A stretch of 64,000 bases of DNA from an uncultured Gammaproteobacteria bacterium (GTDB lineage Bacteria; Patescibacteriota; Microgenomatia; Levybacterales; UBA12049): the NCBI GenBank assembly GCA_964540055.1, contig CAZILC010000003.1, positions 21,599 through 85,598 on the forward strand. Direction: 5' to 3'. This document shows, piece after piece, positions 47,817-57,547 of the stretch; positions within the stretch are counted from its first letter, which is position 1, and every line of letters starts with the position of its first letter. Made by a program: the position numbers and the translations under genes. Under the pieces are notes generated by a model. The model worked only from the letters and a program-made list of their open reading frames with translations. It was not told the DNA's origin and did not search any database.

Positions 47817-49040
47817 TTATCTACACGTTTCTATTTTATAAAGTCTCAGTGTGCGTTTGTCATAGTCAACCAAATGGGGAAATTTGCATTGACCTGATTC
47901 TATCAATTCTGTCCGTTCTTGCATCATGGTTACATACTGCATGTTATAAGTAATTCCATCATCTCCGTCAAGTGGGTGGTTAAGATAGACTCGTTCTCCC
48001 AATACTTGCGTTTTTGGCCAGATGGCGTTGGATATTGGATCAATAGAGTACGATAAACTAAGAAAAGAGACAGCAATAAGAAGTGTTACAAAAACAGGTT
48101 TATACGGTAATTGCATAATAGTATACCCTGCAAGCAAATATACAAATGGCAGAAGCGGCAAAACGTATCTATTTATGGTGAATGTTTGAAATGCCAGAAC
48201 AGTTATGAGAAATATGATAAAGAAAATTCCAACGGGTGCAAGGTTTTTTCTAAGCTCCGTTGTTTTGATAAAAGCGAGTGATGCGAACGCAAATATCCAA
48301 TAAACCCAGTTGAAATTGAATATAAAAAGATGGAGCCAGTTTTCAAACGCGTATTTATTAAACATTTGTAATGTCACAATGTTGTTGAGCATGGTAAAAA
48401 AACTGCCTTTTTTTGCAGTTGGGCTGAAATTCCAGTCATTCCATAAATGATATCCGGAAAAGTGCACGAACTCGATATACCACGCGAGCAGTATGACTGG
48501 GATAAAAATCGGAAACCTCGCGTTTCTTTTAATTACTACATCGGTTATTATCATACTTAACGCGAAAAATATCGCTGTTTCTTTAGTCAGAACAGCAAGG
48601 GTTGCAAATACCGCATACCACACATATCGCCCGTCCAGATAGCAATAAAAAGCGACGAGAATAAGTGTCGTCATGAGAAAATCATGAATGCCGAATATGC
48701 CATTTGAAATAAAGAGTCCCGAAGTTGCAAGAAGCATGGCACCGATAAATCCGACTTTTTCATCAAACAACTTTTTTCCGATAAAATAAAGCGCGACAAC
48801 TCCTGCGATGCCGAAAAAAAGTCCGATCCAACCGGTTGATTGATAGCCAAAGAGTTTGAAAAACAGGCTGAAAAGTATGAGTTTGAGTGGTGGATGAAGG
48901 GATAACACATGAAGTAAATTTTTTCCCATATACCACTGCCAGGCAAATGAATACTCCAGTCCCCCGTCATTGCCGGGGATTAAGTTTAATGAAGGTAAAT
49001 ACAGCGTGATAAAAACAACTATGGGCAAAAGAAGATACAT
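47817..49040 (-). CDS. GT-C family glycosyltransferase (ArnT/PMT_2-like), polytopic membrane.
   Basis: About 11-12 TM. The N-terminal loop with YxxDxP-like residues and the hydrophobic pattern resemble PF13231. Confidence 0.55.
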   Translation of the reverse strand: MYLLLPIVVFITLYLPSLNLIPGNDGGLEYSFAWQWYMGKNLLHVLSLHPPLKLILFSLFFKLFGYQSTGWIGLFFGIAGVVALYFIGKKLFDEKVGFIGAMLLATSGLFISNGIFGIHDFLMTTLILVAFYCYLDGRYVWYAVFATLAVLTKETAIFFALSMIITDVVIKRNARFPIFIPVILLAWYIEFVHFSGYHLWNDWNFSPTAKKGSFFTMLNNIVTLQMFNKYAFENWLHLFIFNFNWVYWIFAFASLAFIKTTELRKNLAPVGIFFIIFLITVLAFQTFTINRYVLPLLPFVYLLAGYTIMQLPYKPVFVTLLIAVSFLSLSYSIDPISNAIWPKTQVLGERVYLNHPLDGDDGITYNMQYVTMMQERTELIESGQCKFPHLVDYDKRTLRLYKIETCR

Positions 49041-49084
49041 ATAATTTTATTGTATGAGTTTATGTTGAGTTTGGCAAACAGATA

Positions 49085-49810
49085 TTATTGCGGCCAGATG
49101 ATTAGTGCGTTGTGAGTATAGTTACCCATGTAATCTATTACAACTGTGATGCAGTCGCCCCTTTTTAACGATTTTATTCCATCCATATATTTTGTAGTTG
49201 AATTAATAGTAATATCTTCACCTGAATCGTTTGGAGATGGAGATATCATAAGAACAAAATGACCTGCATCACTTTCGGTAACAGCTCCTTCTGCTATCCA
49301 TAAATCTCCTGTATTTTCTGGATAATCTTTAGGTGTTATATATAATTTTGTACCTGCTGGTAATGTCGAAGACTGAGTTAAATTAGGATACTGACCTTTA
49401 TTGAGGTTTATTAATTCATTTATCCTGGATACGTCTCCTAATTGGTTCTTTGTAATTGATAAAAGTGTATCTCCAGCTTTTACTTCATAGGTTAAAAAAT
49501 ATTTATCTTTTATAGCAGACCTACTTGCAGTGGGATAGGTTATACGTTTACAAATTGAAGGTGATAATGTTGGTGTAGGGGGAATAGGGGTCAAAGTAGG
49601 TGTTGGTTTTACAAATATTTGCACCAGACTATCAACAGGGTTTGATGTGGAATAGCTATAAGCATTATTAGGAATGGAATGGCCAACTATAAAGCCTACG
49701 GCAAATATAATAATTCCAAACGTAATTGGTGACCAATTTGGTTTATTTTTGGGAGGTATTGGTACAGGTGTTGGTTGTATCGGTGATTGAATTGGTTGAT
49801 TATTTTCCAC
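49085..49810 (-). CDS. Membrane-anchored LysM-domain protein.
   Basis: TM anchor, a P/T linker, and YEVKAGDTLLSITKNQLGDVSRINELINLN matching LysM. Confidence 0.65.
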   Translation of the reverse strand: MENNQPIQSPIQPTPVPIPPKNKPNWSPITFGIIIFAVGFIVGHSIPNNAYSYSTSNPVDSLVQIFVKPTPTLTPIPPTPTLSPSICKRITYPTASRSAIKDKYFLTYEVKAGDTLLSITKNQLGDVSRINELINLNKGQYPNLTQSSTLPAGTKLYITPKDYPENTGDLWIAEGAVTESDAGHFVLMISPSPNDSGEDITINSTTKYMDGIKSLKRGDCITVVIDYMGNYTHNALIIWPQ

Positions 49811-49863
49811 TGAATTTAGTTTTGCATAGCTATATAGATGCTGTCAATTGTGGATTGATGTAA

Positions 49864-50109
49864 TTAGGAACTCTGTTCCTGTTCTGCGAGGGAGATTTTG
49901 ATGCGGATGTCTGACTTCATGGCTTTTACTTTCATGATGTTGCGGATACTTCTTATGACTTTGCCTTCTTTACCGATAACTTTTCCCATATCTGCTGGAT
50001 CAACGGAGATGATGAGATTGGTGATGCCGTCTTCGTCGCGTTCTTCGATGGCAACAGCGTCTGGATTATCTACGATTGCTGAGACGATAAAGTGGAGTGT
50101 GTCTTTCAT
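49864..50109 (-). CDS. KH-domain RNA-binding protein (YlqC/UPF0109 family).
   Basis: GKVIGKEGKVIRSIRNI is the KH GXXG loop; 81 aa. This is the canonical position after rpsP. Confidence 0.8.
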   Translation of the reverse strand: MKDTLHFIVSAIVDNPDAVAIEERDEDGITNLIISVDPADMGKVIGKEGKVIRSIRNIMKVKAMKSDIRIKISLAEQEQSS

Positions 50110-50336
50110 TATTTAACGATTTCCTGCATGGTCAACGATGGCTGTGCGCCTTTACTGACCCAATACTCATATTTCTTCATATCAATCTGTTTTCTTTTGT
50201 TATCTTTTGTTTTTTGATACCAGCCAAGCATGTCAATAAATCCGCCGTCTCTTTTACTTCTTTTTTCTTTCACGACGACACGGAATTTGCGTTCACCTTT
50301 TTTGCCTGTTCTTGTTAATCGAATGACTAAACTCAT
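50109..50336 (-). CDS. rpsP: 30S ribosomal protein S16.
   Basis: MSLVIRLTRTGKKGERKFRVVV...LGWY; 75 aa. Confidence 0.92.
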   Translation of the reverse strand: MSLVIRLTRTGKKGERKFRVVVKEKRSKRDGGFIDMLGWYQKTKDNKRKQIDMKKYEYWVSKGAQPSLTMQEIVK

Positions 50337-50352
50337 ACCTGCTATTTTACCA

Positions 50353-51015
50353 TTATTTGCCTATCTTCTCAAGTGCTTGTTCTGCGGCTTGTTCTTCGGC
50401 CTCTTGTTTGGATTTTCCTCTCCCCTCACCCATTATTGCATCACCGACAAAAACGCCGATGGTGAATTGTTTGGCGTGCGCGGGGCCTTCCTCATGAAGT
50501 ACTTTATAGACCGGAGAATTTTGTTTTCGTGCCTGGACATATTCTTGAAGCAGGCTTTTGGGATCTTTAAATACTTTTTTCTCTACATACGCCTCGATTT
50601 CAGGGATGAGAACTGCATGCAGAAAGGTTTTCACTGCGTCAATTCCCTGATCGAGAAATATTGCGCCAATGACTGCTTCGAAGGTATTTGCCAGAATTGA
50701 ATCATTCTCGCGACCTCCTGAGTCTTCTTCTCCTCGTGAAAGTTGGAGATGTTTGCCGAATTCATTTTTTTTGGCAAGTTTGGCAAGACTTTTTGTGTTG
50801 ACGACGAGTGAGCGAAGATTGGTCAAGATCCCCTCGTCAAAATCCGGATAGGCATTATATAAATGTTCCGAAACGACAAATGAAAGAATACTGTCACCAA
50901 GAAATTCAAGTCTTTCATTTGACTCACTCACATCTTTTGCTTCATTCAGATAGGAACGGTGAATAAAAGCCAGTTGTAATAATTTTTCGTTTGTAAAGTC
51001 AGGTAAATTGTTCAT
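50353..51015 (-). CDS. rnc: Ribonuclease III.
   Basis: FIHRSYLNE...ERLEFLGDSIL is the RNase III signature, followed by a C-terminal dsRBD. Confidence 0.92.
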   Translation of the reverse strand: MNNLPDFTNEKLLQLAFIHRSYLNEAKDVSESNERLEFLGDSILSFVVSEHLYNAYPDFDEGILTNLRSLVVNTKSLAKLAKKNEFGKHLQLSRGEEDSGGRENDSILANTFEAVIGAIFLDQGIDAVKTFLHAVLIPEIEAYVEKKVFKDPKSLLQEYVQARKQNSPVYKVLHEEGPAHAKQFTIGVFVGDAIMGEGRGKSKQEAEEQAAEQALEKIGK

Positions 51016-51023
51016 AATTTTAC

Positions 51024-51380
51024 TTATTCTTTTACTTTAGCACTAATGTGTCCGAGAACTCCATTCACAAATGCTGGGCTTGTGTCATTGGCGAATTCTT
51101 TTGCGAGTTCTACTGCTTCATCAATGACGACATTTGGTGGCGTTTTCTTCTCGATAAGAAGTTCATAGGTGGCAAGGCGCAGTATCGCAAGATCTACGCG
51201 GTTAATTTTGTCGACCGGGAAATCCGGTGCGGCTTTTTGGATTTGTTCATCGAGTAATTTTGTGTGTTTTAATACTTCTTTTGCGTCCGCACTTACTTCC
51301 TGTTGATGAAATTCCGTACTGAAGATATCTTGTATGATATGCTGCCTTCGCAAATGACGCGGGTCATAGGATGTTTTCAT
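51024..51380 (-). CDS. nusB: Transcription antitermination factor NusB.
   Basis: RRQHIIQDIF...W...DRVDLAILRLATYELL is the NusB helical fold; 118 aa. Confidence 0.8.
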   Translation of the reverse strand: MKTSYDPRHLRRQHIIQDIFSTEFHQQEVSADAKEVLKHTKLLDEQIQKAAPDFPVDKINRVDLAILRLATYELLIEKKTPPNVVIDEAVELAKEFANDTSPAFVNGVLGHISAKVKE

Positions 51381-51480
51381 GGTTTACGAATCTATCTTGA
51401 GCTAAATACAATTCGTAGACATTTGTATGCGGTACACCTGAAGTTCTATCTCACATGCGAATACTTACGAATCTTTGATT

Positions 51481-51681
51481 TTAGGCCTGGCTTGTACTTG
51501 GTTGTTTTACTTTAATAACCTGTTGGCCTTTATAAAATCCGCATGCTTCACAAACCCGGTGAGCAATTTTTGGAGCACCACAATTCGGGCATGCACCTGA
51601 TTGGGTGACTTTAAGAGAAATACTTGCCCGTCTTTTTCCCTGACGTGCGCGTGAATGTCTTTTCTTTGGCTCCTGTGACAT
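51481..51681 (-). CDS. rpmF: 50S ribosomal protein L32.
   Basis: KKRHSRARQGKRRA..CPNCGAPKIAHRVCEACGFY has a basic N-terminus and a zinc ribbon; 66 aa. Confidence 0.85.
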   Translation of the reverse strand: MSQEPKKRHSRARQGKRRASISLKVTQSGACPNCGAPKIAHRVCEACGFYKGQQVIKVKQPSTSQA

Positions 51682-51783
51682 ACGTGTATTTTATCATTTT
51701 TAGGCTTCAGGTTGCAAGTCACAATCGTTTTTTCCAAACGAGGCTTGACAGTTGAGAATTGTCTGCGTTAGACTAAGGGAGTT

Positions 51784-52050
51784 ATGAGTCATTCTGAACA
51801 TAATGATCAACCTAAAATTGCTGTTCCGTATATTCCGCCGCCTCCGCCTGAAGATAATTCGCAAAGAAGATTCAGATCACCATTTGTTAATGCCATGCTA
51901 ATTGCGGGGGTAATTTTGCTTGGAGGATTTATGCTTTATAATTTTATCGGACATTCATTGACCCAGACAGCAGGTTTAACAAGTAGTCAAACATCTGTTG
52001 CACCGAGTATTTCCCCGACAGTGACACCCACGCCTACTCCTCATTATTAA
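51784..52050 (+). CDS. Small bitopic membrane protein with a Pro-rich N-terminus and a P/T tail.
   Basis: ORF track; TM segment LIAGVILLGGFMLYNFI. Confidence 0.35.
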   Translation: MSHSEHNDQPKIAVPYIPPPPPEDNSQRRFRSPFVNAMLIAGVILLGGFMLYNFIGHSLTQTAGLTSSQTSVAPSISPTVTPTPTPHY

Positions 52051-52504
52051 GTCAAATTCTCAATTATTTTCAATTTGCAATGAATTTTCAATGATTTAAT
52101 ATTTCAAACAGCAAAAATGCGCCAAGGTTTTCGGAAAGTATATGTTTTTTTAGCAGTATACTGTCTGAACTCTTAGCGCACTTTTTGCTCTCACGCCATA
52201 GCACCTAGTAATTTCCCTTTCGGTTTATTTAGGGCTATCCTTTTTAGTCTCTGTACAGGAAATAGCTTTGAGCTGGTAAATGGTACCCGTCTTAGATGAT
52301 GGTAATAACAAGCTAGGTACGTATTTACATTCCTGTAATGTATTCTTTGGATAATCATTTTTGCTCACCTCCCACGCCATGAAAGTATATAGATACCTTT
52401 ATACTCCCGAGTGCTTGAATTAGCTTGACATGGCAAGCATATCTAGTCTGACGCGAAAGAGACAAAAAATAATCTGTCTGACAATCCAGACACTCTACTT
52501 TTGA

Positions 52505-54544
52505 TTAATCCGGTGAAATATTTGATGATATTGTTTTATCAAGTTGATCTTTTAGGTGTGGATATTGGTTTAACGATGAGAAAATTTCATCTGCACTAAG
52601 TTTGGCTTTTTGAATAAGCATCGCATCTGAAAAATTAGCAGCTTTTAATTTCGGAACCCCGTGTTGGGCTGTACCATACAGATTTCCCGGACCTCTGAGG
52701 CGTAAATCAAGCTCTGCCAGTTCTGCTCCTGAGTGCGAGGTCTCCATAGCTTTAAGTCTTGTACTCGTCTCGGCGTTAAGATTGCTCGTAAATAACATAC
52801 AGTAGGATTGTTTGTCTCCTCTACCTACTCGTCCGCGTAACTGATGCAATTGTGCGAGCCCAAATCTATCAGCTGCCTCAATCATAATAATTGTCGCATT
52901 AGGAATATCGATACCCACCTCGACTACCGGTGTTGCGAGCAAGATATCGAAATCACCGTTTTTAAATTGTGCAAGTACTTCATCTTTCTCTTTTGCTTTT
53001 TGTTTGCCGTGTAACAGACCCAACTTAAGATCGGGATAAATATCCCGTCTGAGATGTTCATATTCTTCTTTGACAGCTTTAACAGTTTGCATAGATTCTG
53101 ATGGCTCGATGAAGGGACAGATGATAAATGCCTGGGACTTTGTTTCCTCAATTTGTTTGCGAATCCAATCGTATGCTCCATTTCGTTTCTCACGCGGTAC
53201 GAGCCAAGTGATGATTTTTTTGCGACCATGGGGCATTTCGTTTAAATATGACAGGTCCAAATCGCCATACATTGTGAGCGCAACAGTTCGTGGAATCGGA
53301 GTTGCGGTCATTGTCAAAAGGTGTGGGTTTTTTCCTTTTTGCCGGATAGTACTTCTTTGTTCAACGCCAAATCTCTGTTGCTCATCTATTATGACGAGTC
53401 CGAGGTTGTCAAAGACAATTTTTTCCGACAAGACTGCGTGTGTACCGATAAGAATTGAGAAATTTGTGCCTGTCGTGAGCCGCTTCTTACTCCCCGTCAC
53501 CAGATCAACGGTCACTCCGAGCGGCTCGAGAAAGGTAGAAATAGTTTTATAGTGTTGAGATGCCAGAATTTCAGTCGGCGCCATTAGAACTGACTGATAG
53601 CCATTTAAAAACGCAATGTACATTGCAATTGCTGCAACTACTGTCTTTCCGCTTCCCACATCACCTTGCAACAGTCGATTCATTGGCGTTTCTTTTTGCA
53701 TATCCATTTCAATTTTTTCAATCGCGGATTGTTGCGCGTCGGTAAGTTTGAATGGTAGTGAATCAATACACGCATTAATTTGTTTTTCAAATTTTTTTAT
53801 TGCAAACATTTCACCTTTTTGCTTTTCCTGCCATTGCGTGCGGCGTTCAATTGCGGCAAGTTGCATGAGGAATAATTCATCAAAAGCCAGGCGTTCTCGG
53901 GCTTTATCTGCTGTCTCAAGATTTTTGGGGAAATGAATTTCCTGCATTGCTTCCTGATAACTCATAAGTTTGTTTTTTCTTATGATATCTTCTGGCATGT
54001 ATTCTTTGAGTTCTTGTCCATATTCTTTGAGCAGATTAAAAACTTGTCGTCTGAGCCATTTTGAGGAGACTCCCTGCGTTTCAGGATACACAGGAATTAA
54101 TCTTCCTGTATGAATCGCGTTTCCGTTGTCATAGATAATTTCATATTCGGGAGACTGCATGGAAAAATTCTTATTTCGTCCGAATCGATCCACTTTGCCG
54201 GATGCTGAGATAGTCGTATTGGGCAGGATTACTCGATTCAAATATGGCTGATTAAACCACGTCAACTCAAGTGTCCCCGTACCGTCATTGACCAAAGCTT
54301 TCTGCATAGTCTTGATCCGCATCCCGCGCATATAATTGGTTTTCATCTCAAGCACTTGTCCTTGGATAGTCACCGTTTCGCCAGGTTGGATTTCCGCGAT
54401 CTTTGACACAAGTGAATAATCCTCATACCGGCTTGGTAGATGCAGGAGAAAATCATACAACGTCGTAATGCCAAGCTTTTCAAGTCTGCCTGCATACATT
54501 TTCATGGCACGATTGCCTCTGGTAATGGGTGTGTGAAGATCCAT
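52505..54544 (-). CDS. recG: ATP-dependent DNA helicase RecG.
   Basis: N-terminal wedge/OB domain, GDVGSGKT, DEQQRFGV, TATPIPRT, QLRGRVGRG; 679 aa. Confidence 0.93.
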   Translation of the reverse strand: MDLHTPITRGNRAMKMYAGRLEKLGITTLYDFLLHLPSRYEDYSLVSKIAEIQPGETVTIQGQVLEMKTNYMRGMRIKTMQKALVNDGTGTLELTWFNQPYLNRVILPNTTISASGKVDRFGRNKNFSMQSPEYEIIYDNGNAIHTGRLIPVYPETQGVSSKWLRRQVFNLLKEYGQELKEYMPEDIIRKNKLMSYQEAMQEIHFPKNLETADKARERLAFDELFLMQLAAIERRTQWQEKQKGEMFAIKKFEKQINACIDSLPFKLTDAQQSAIEKIEMDMQKETPMNRLLQGDVGSGKTVVAAIAMYIAFLNGYQSVLMAPTEILASQHYKTISTFLEPLGVTVDLVTGSKKRLTTGTNFSILIGTHAVLSEKIVFDNLGLVIIDEQQRFGVEQRSTIRQKGKNPHLLTMTATPIPRTVALTMYGDLDLSYLNEMPHGRKKIITWLVPREKRNGAYDWIRKQIEETKSQAFIICPFIEPSESMQTVKAVKEEYEHLRRDIYPDLKLGLLHGKQKAKEKDEVLAQFKNGDFDILLATPVVEVGIDIPNATIIMIEAADRFGLAQLHQLRGRVGRGDKQSYCMLFTSNLNAETSTRLKAMETSHSGAELAELDLRLRGPGNLYGTAQHGVPKLKAANFSDAMLIQKAKLSADEIFSSLNQYPHLKDQLDKTISSNISPD

Positions 54545-54559
54545 GTGTGCGGTTTTATT

Positions 54560-54677
54560 CTATTGCTGATTGGTTAATAAAGCAAGGTATGGAAGAAATG
54601 ATGCGAGAATGAGAGCTGCACCTGCGATAATGATGATGACTCTCCAAGCGGTTTTATGTTTTTCAAAGGATTCCATG
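54560..54677 (-). CDS. Possible 38-aa single-TM micro-protein (MESFEKHKTAWRVIIIIAGAALILASFLPYLALLTNQQ).
   Basis: Manual translation; no RBS seen; sits between recG and the next gene. Confidence 0.2.
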
Positions 54678-54739
54678 TGGGTTTATTATATTGAAATACG
54701 AAACGCGAATCAAGGTTCTTCTTCAAAAATTTTTTAACT

Positions 54740-55726
54740 TTATCTTTCTTTATGAGCAGAATTAGCTCGTATTTCTTGTATTTCTGCTATTCTTTCTCTT
54801 TTCACTTCACCTTCAAGAATTGCACGATCTTCTGGATTAATATAAATAATTTTTGCTTCAGGTGAAAGTCTGTTATACCATTTGACGACATAATTCTCAA
54901 ATTGAGTAGGCATCATTCCAGTGAATTCCGCAAGCATTGTTTCATCACCAACTGTTGCTTCAATACTTTCTAAAAAACGTTTTGCTTCACCGCTTATTGG
55001 CATTCCTGCTGGACAACCAAGCATTGAGCCCAATCCTAATTCCCGCAGCCTTTTAGTATTTAGACCAAGGGATGAGTCGTCAAGTAACTGATAATTTGCT
55101 TCATGGCGTACACTACCATCTTGTGCAACATCAGTTAATCCTATTTCAGAAGTGCCGAGACCCAAATTTGCAAGCGAAATTTTGGATAACATGAGTGAGG
55201 CGCGTGGAGTAAATTGCTTTCCTAACAGAGCTTGTAATTGTACTGTCGATTCTGCACCGGTAAATCCTCCGTCAGCACCAATTGAGCTTACTGAAATATC
55301 ATCATCAGTAGGATGCATTAACATTGCCAATCTTTCAGTTCTTTCAGCTAAACCTCTCACATCATCAGTAAAATACCTCATCTGCCTTTGAGGAACCGGT
55401 ATCGTATCAAGCACGTCCGGAGAAGTTTGCAATCCCAAACCTCCTACAAACTGTTTCCATGAACCAATTAACGTATTACTTGTAGCATGTGCAAAATCTG
55501 AGAGAATTTCATATTTTACGTGACTCGATTTTCTTTGTGATTCATACCGTAGATCAGGGTCAAAACCAATTGGAGGTCTTCCACTAGCAAATGATACAGA
55601 AGCAAAAGGAATATTTCCTGAGTTTAATCTCTCTTTATGAAAGTGCCAAAATATGCCGATTGTATCTGCAAAATTTTGGTAATATGTAGCTTGTAACAGA
55701 TTTCCTCTGTTTCCCTGGGTTTTCAT
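54740..55726 (-). CDS. Hypothetical 328-aa protein, Gly/Leu/Asp-rich.
   Basis: ORF track; no motifs recognised. Confidence 0.45.
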   Translation of the reverse strand: MKTQGNRGNLLQATYYQNFADTIGIFWHFHKERLNSGNIPFASVSFASGRPPIGFDPDLRYESQRKSSHVKYEILSDFAHATSNTLIGSWKQFVGGLGLQTSPDVLDTIPVPQRQMRYFTDDVRGLAERTERLAMLMHPTDDDISVSSIGADGGFTGAESTVQLQALLGKQFTPRASLMLSKISLANLGLGTSEIGLTDVAQDGSVRHEANYQLLDDSSLGLNTKRLRELGLGSMLGCPAGMPISGEAKRFLESIEATVGDETMLAEFTGMMPTQFENYVVKWYNRLSPEAKIIYINPEDRAILEGEVKRERIAEIQEIRANSAHKER

Positions 55727-55807
55727 AAGGAGAGTTTATCAAAATATGAGCCACATTTCAACCTATAGTAAGCATAAGGAAGAGATTTGTTACACGAGAA
55801 GTTACTA

Positions 55808-57016
55808 TTATTTTTCCAACACTAACCGCACGAATTTTCTTCTCCCGACTTTGAGGATCATGCCTTCTTCGAATTCTACGTTGTGGCGGATATCTGAGAT
55901 TTTCTTAGTGCCGCTTGATAGGTGAAGTTCTACGCCGCCTTGTTCGGTCAGGCGTTTTGCTTCTGACTTGGTTTTGGCCATTTTTGTTTTCAACAAGACG
56001 TCAACTATGCCTCGTCCGTCCTCAAACGCTACGTTTACGGGAACTGCTGGGATTTGTTCTGGCCGCTCCCCTCTTTGTACCTTTTTTTCAAAACTCACTC
56101 TCGCACTTTCAGCTTCCTTCAGGCTCGTTAATTCTTTGGTTATTTCAAGTGCAAGTTCTTTTTTGATCCGCATGGGATGTTCGCCTTTTTTCAGGGCAAA
56201 TTCGGCTTCTTTGACTTCTTTCATTGGCACATCGGTTGCGAGGGTGTAATATGGGAGGATAAGATTGTCATTAATAGCCATAACTTTGGCATAAATATCT
56301 TCTGCAGTATCATCAAGCCAGATTGCATTGCCCCAGCTTTTGCTCATTTTGCGACCGTCGGTTCCTTCCATGATGACGGTAGTGAGAACAAAGGATTGTT
56401 TATTCCGTAAATCTTTTTGCAGTGTTCTTCCAGCTTGCATGTTAAAAGTCTGATCAGTGCCGCCGATTTGCAGATCTGTGTCCATAAAATAACTGTCATA
56501 GCCTTGCATGACTGGATAGAGAAATTCGTGAAGGCCGACGCGTTTGTTGTCGTTTAACCTTTTGCGGATCAATTCCCGCCCGACAAAATCTCCGACTGAG
56601 AAATGTTGGGTGAGTTTAATAATATCTTCAAAAGTTAGTTTTTTCAGCCATTCGCTGTTATATCTGACTTTTACTTTTGAGAAATCGATTATTTTTTCAG
56701 CCTGATTTCGATAGGTTTGGAAGTTTTGCTGAATTTCCTCGGTTGTCAAGACAGGCCGCTCTGTGTCTTTATCTGAGGTGTCTCCGATGAGCGCTGTAAA
56801 ATCTCCGATGAGAAATGTGACATGATGGCCGAGTTTGCTAAAAGCTTGCAGCTTCCTCAGTGCTACAGCATGTCCCAGATGGATTTTAGTGCTCGTCGGA
56901 TCAATGCCAAGGTAAATGTTGAGTTTCTTTCCCGACTTAAGTTGTTGTTCCAATTCTTTTTTTCCTGGGATAATATTGGCAACGCCACGGGTTATCAGTT
57001 CTTCGATCTTATCCAT
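55808..57016 (-). CDS. tyrS: Tyrosyl-tRNA synthetase.
   Basis: HIGH-class motif KIHLGHAV, KMSKS, and a C-terminal S4 domain. Confidence 0.93.
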   Translation of the reverse strand: MDKIEELITRGVANIIPGKKELEQQLKSGKKLNIYLGIDPTSTKIHLGHAVALRKLQAFSKLGHHVTFLIGDFTALIGDTSDKDTERPVLTTEEIQQNFQTYRNQAEKIIDFSKVKVRYNSEWLKKLTFEDIIKLTQHFSVGDFVGRELIRKRLNDNKRVGLHEFLYPVMQGYDSYFMDTDLQIGGTDQTFNMQAGRTLQKDLRNKQSFVLTTVIMEGTDGRKMSKSWGNAIWLDDTAEDIYAKVMAINDNLILPYYTLATDVPMKEVKEAEFALKKGEHPMRIKKELALEITKELTSLKEAESARVSFEKKVQRGERPEQIPAVPVNVAFEDGRGIVDVLLKTKMAKTKSEAKRLTEQGGVELHLSSGTKKISDIRHNVEFEEGMILKVGRRKFVRLVLEK

Positions 57017-57081
57017 AGGCAGAGTATAGCAAAAATGAGGTCAATTTGCGATGAACGAACATATTTTATCGTTATTTTAAA

Positions 57082-57489
57082 ATGATGTATACTATATCTG
57101 TGAAAGAAATCGATTCCTTATCACCCGTCCGGAGAGGCGAAGGATTATTTAGAAGAAAGCTATATAATATAACCCGTAGAAAAAATACCGAACCTCAGAC
57201 TACCATACATACTCATTTACCAGATAAGATTTTTAGCGGAAGACTGCCTCTATTATGGTGGAAAAATCCAGGATGGAAAGAGCAATACGTAGTAACAACA
57301 TCAGGTAAAGCTGCAGCTACACAAGCAGCAGCGACAGTTGTAACAGGAAGTGTATTGACCGGTTCTGTTTTGGTTGGTTTTAATTTCCCAACGAATCCAG
57401 TAGAAGCAGCAGCTGAAGTAACCGGACTTGTTGCAGGTGCGATAACAAGCGTTTATTTACAGAGAAAATCTGCAAGACAAGTTATGTAA
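57082..57489 (+). CDS. Small hypothetical protein with an Ala/Thr-rich hydrophobic C-terminus.
   Basis: ORF track only. Confidence 0.3.
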   Translation: MMYTISVKEIDSLSPVRRGEGLFRRKLYNITRRKNTEPQTTIHTHLPDKIFSGRLPLLWWKNPGWKEQYVVTTSGKAAATQAAATVVTGSVLTGSVLVGFNFPTNPVEAAAEVTGLVAGAITSVYLQRKSARQVM

Positions 57490-57547
57490 TAGTTGACTTG
57501 CGTAAAGTTTTGCAAGAGTGTAATATCTGGTATAATAGAGTACTTCT

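Noticed and set aside
52051-52504. Specific assignment of the ORF-free gap to tmRNA, SRP RNA or RNase P RNA.
   Set aside because: I could not find the tag-peptide reading frame, the GGUCAGG SRP motif or the RNase P P4 consensus by eye. It is retained only as an unassigned ncRNA candidate.
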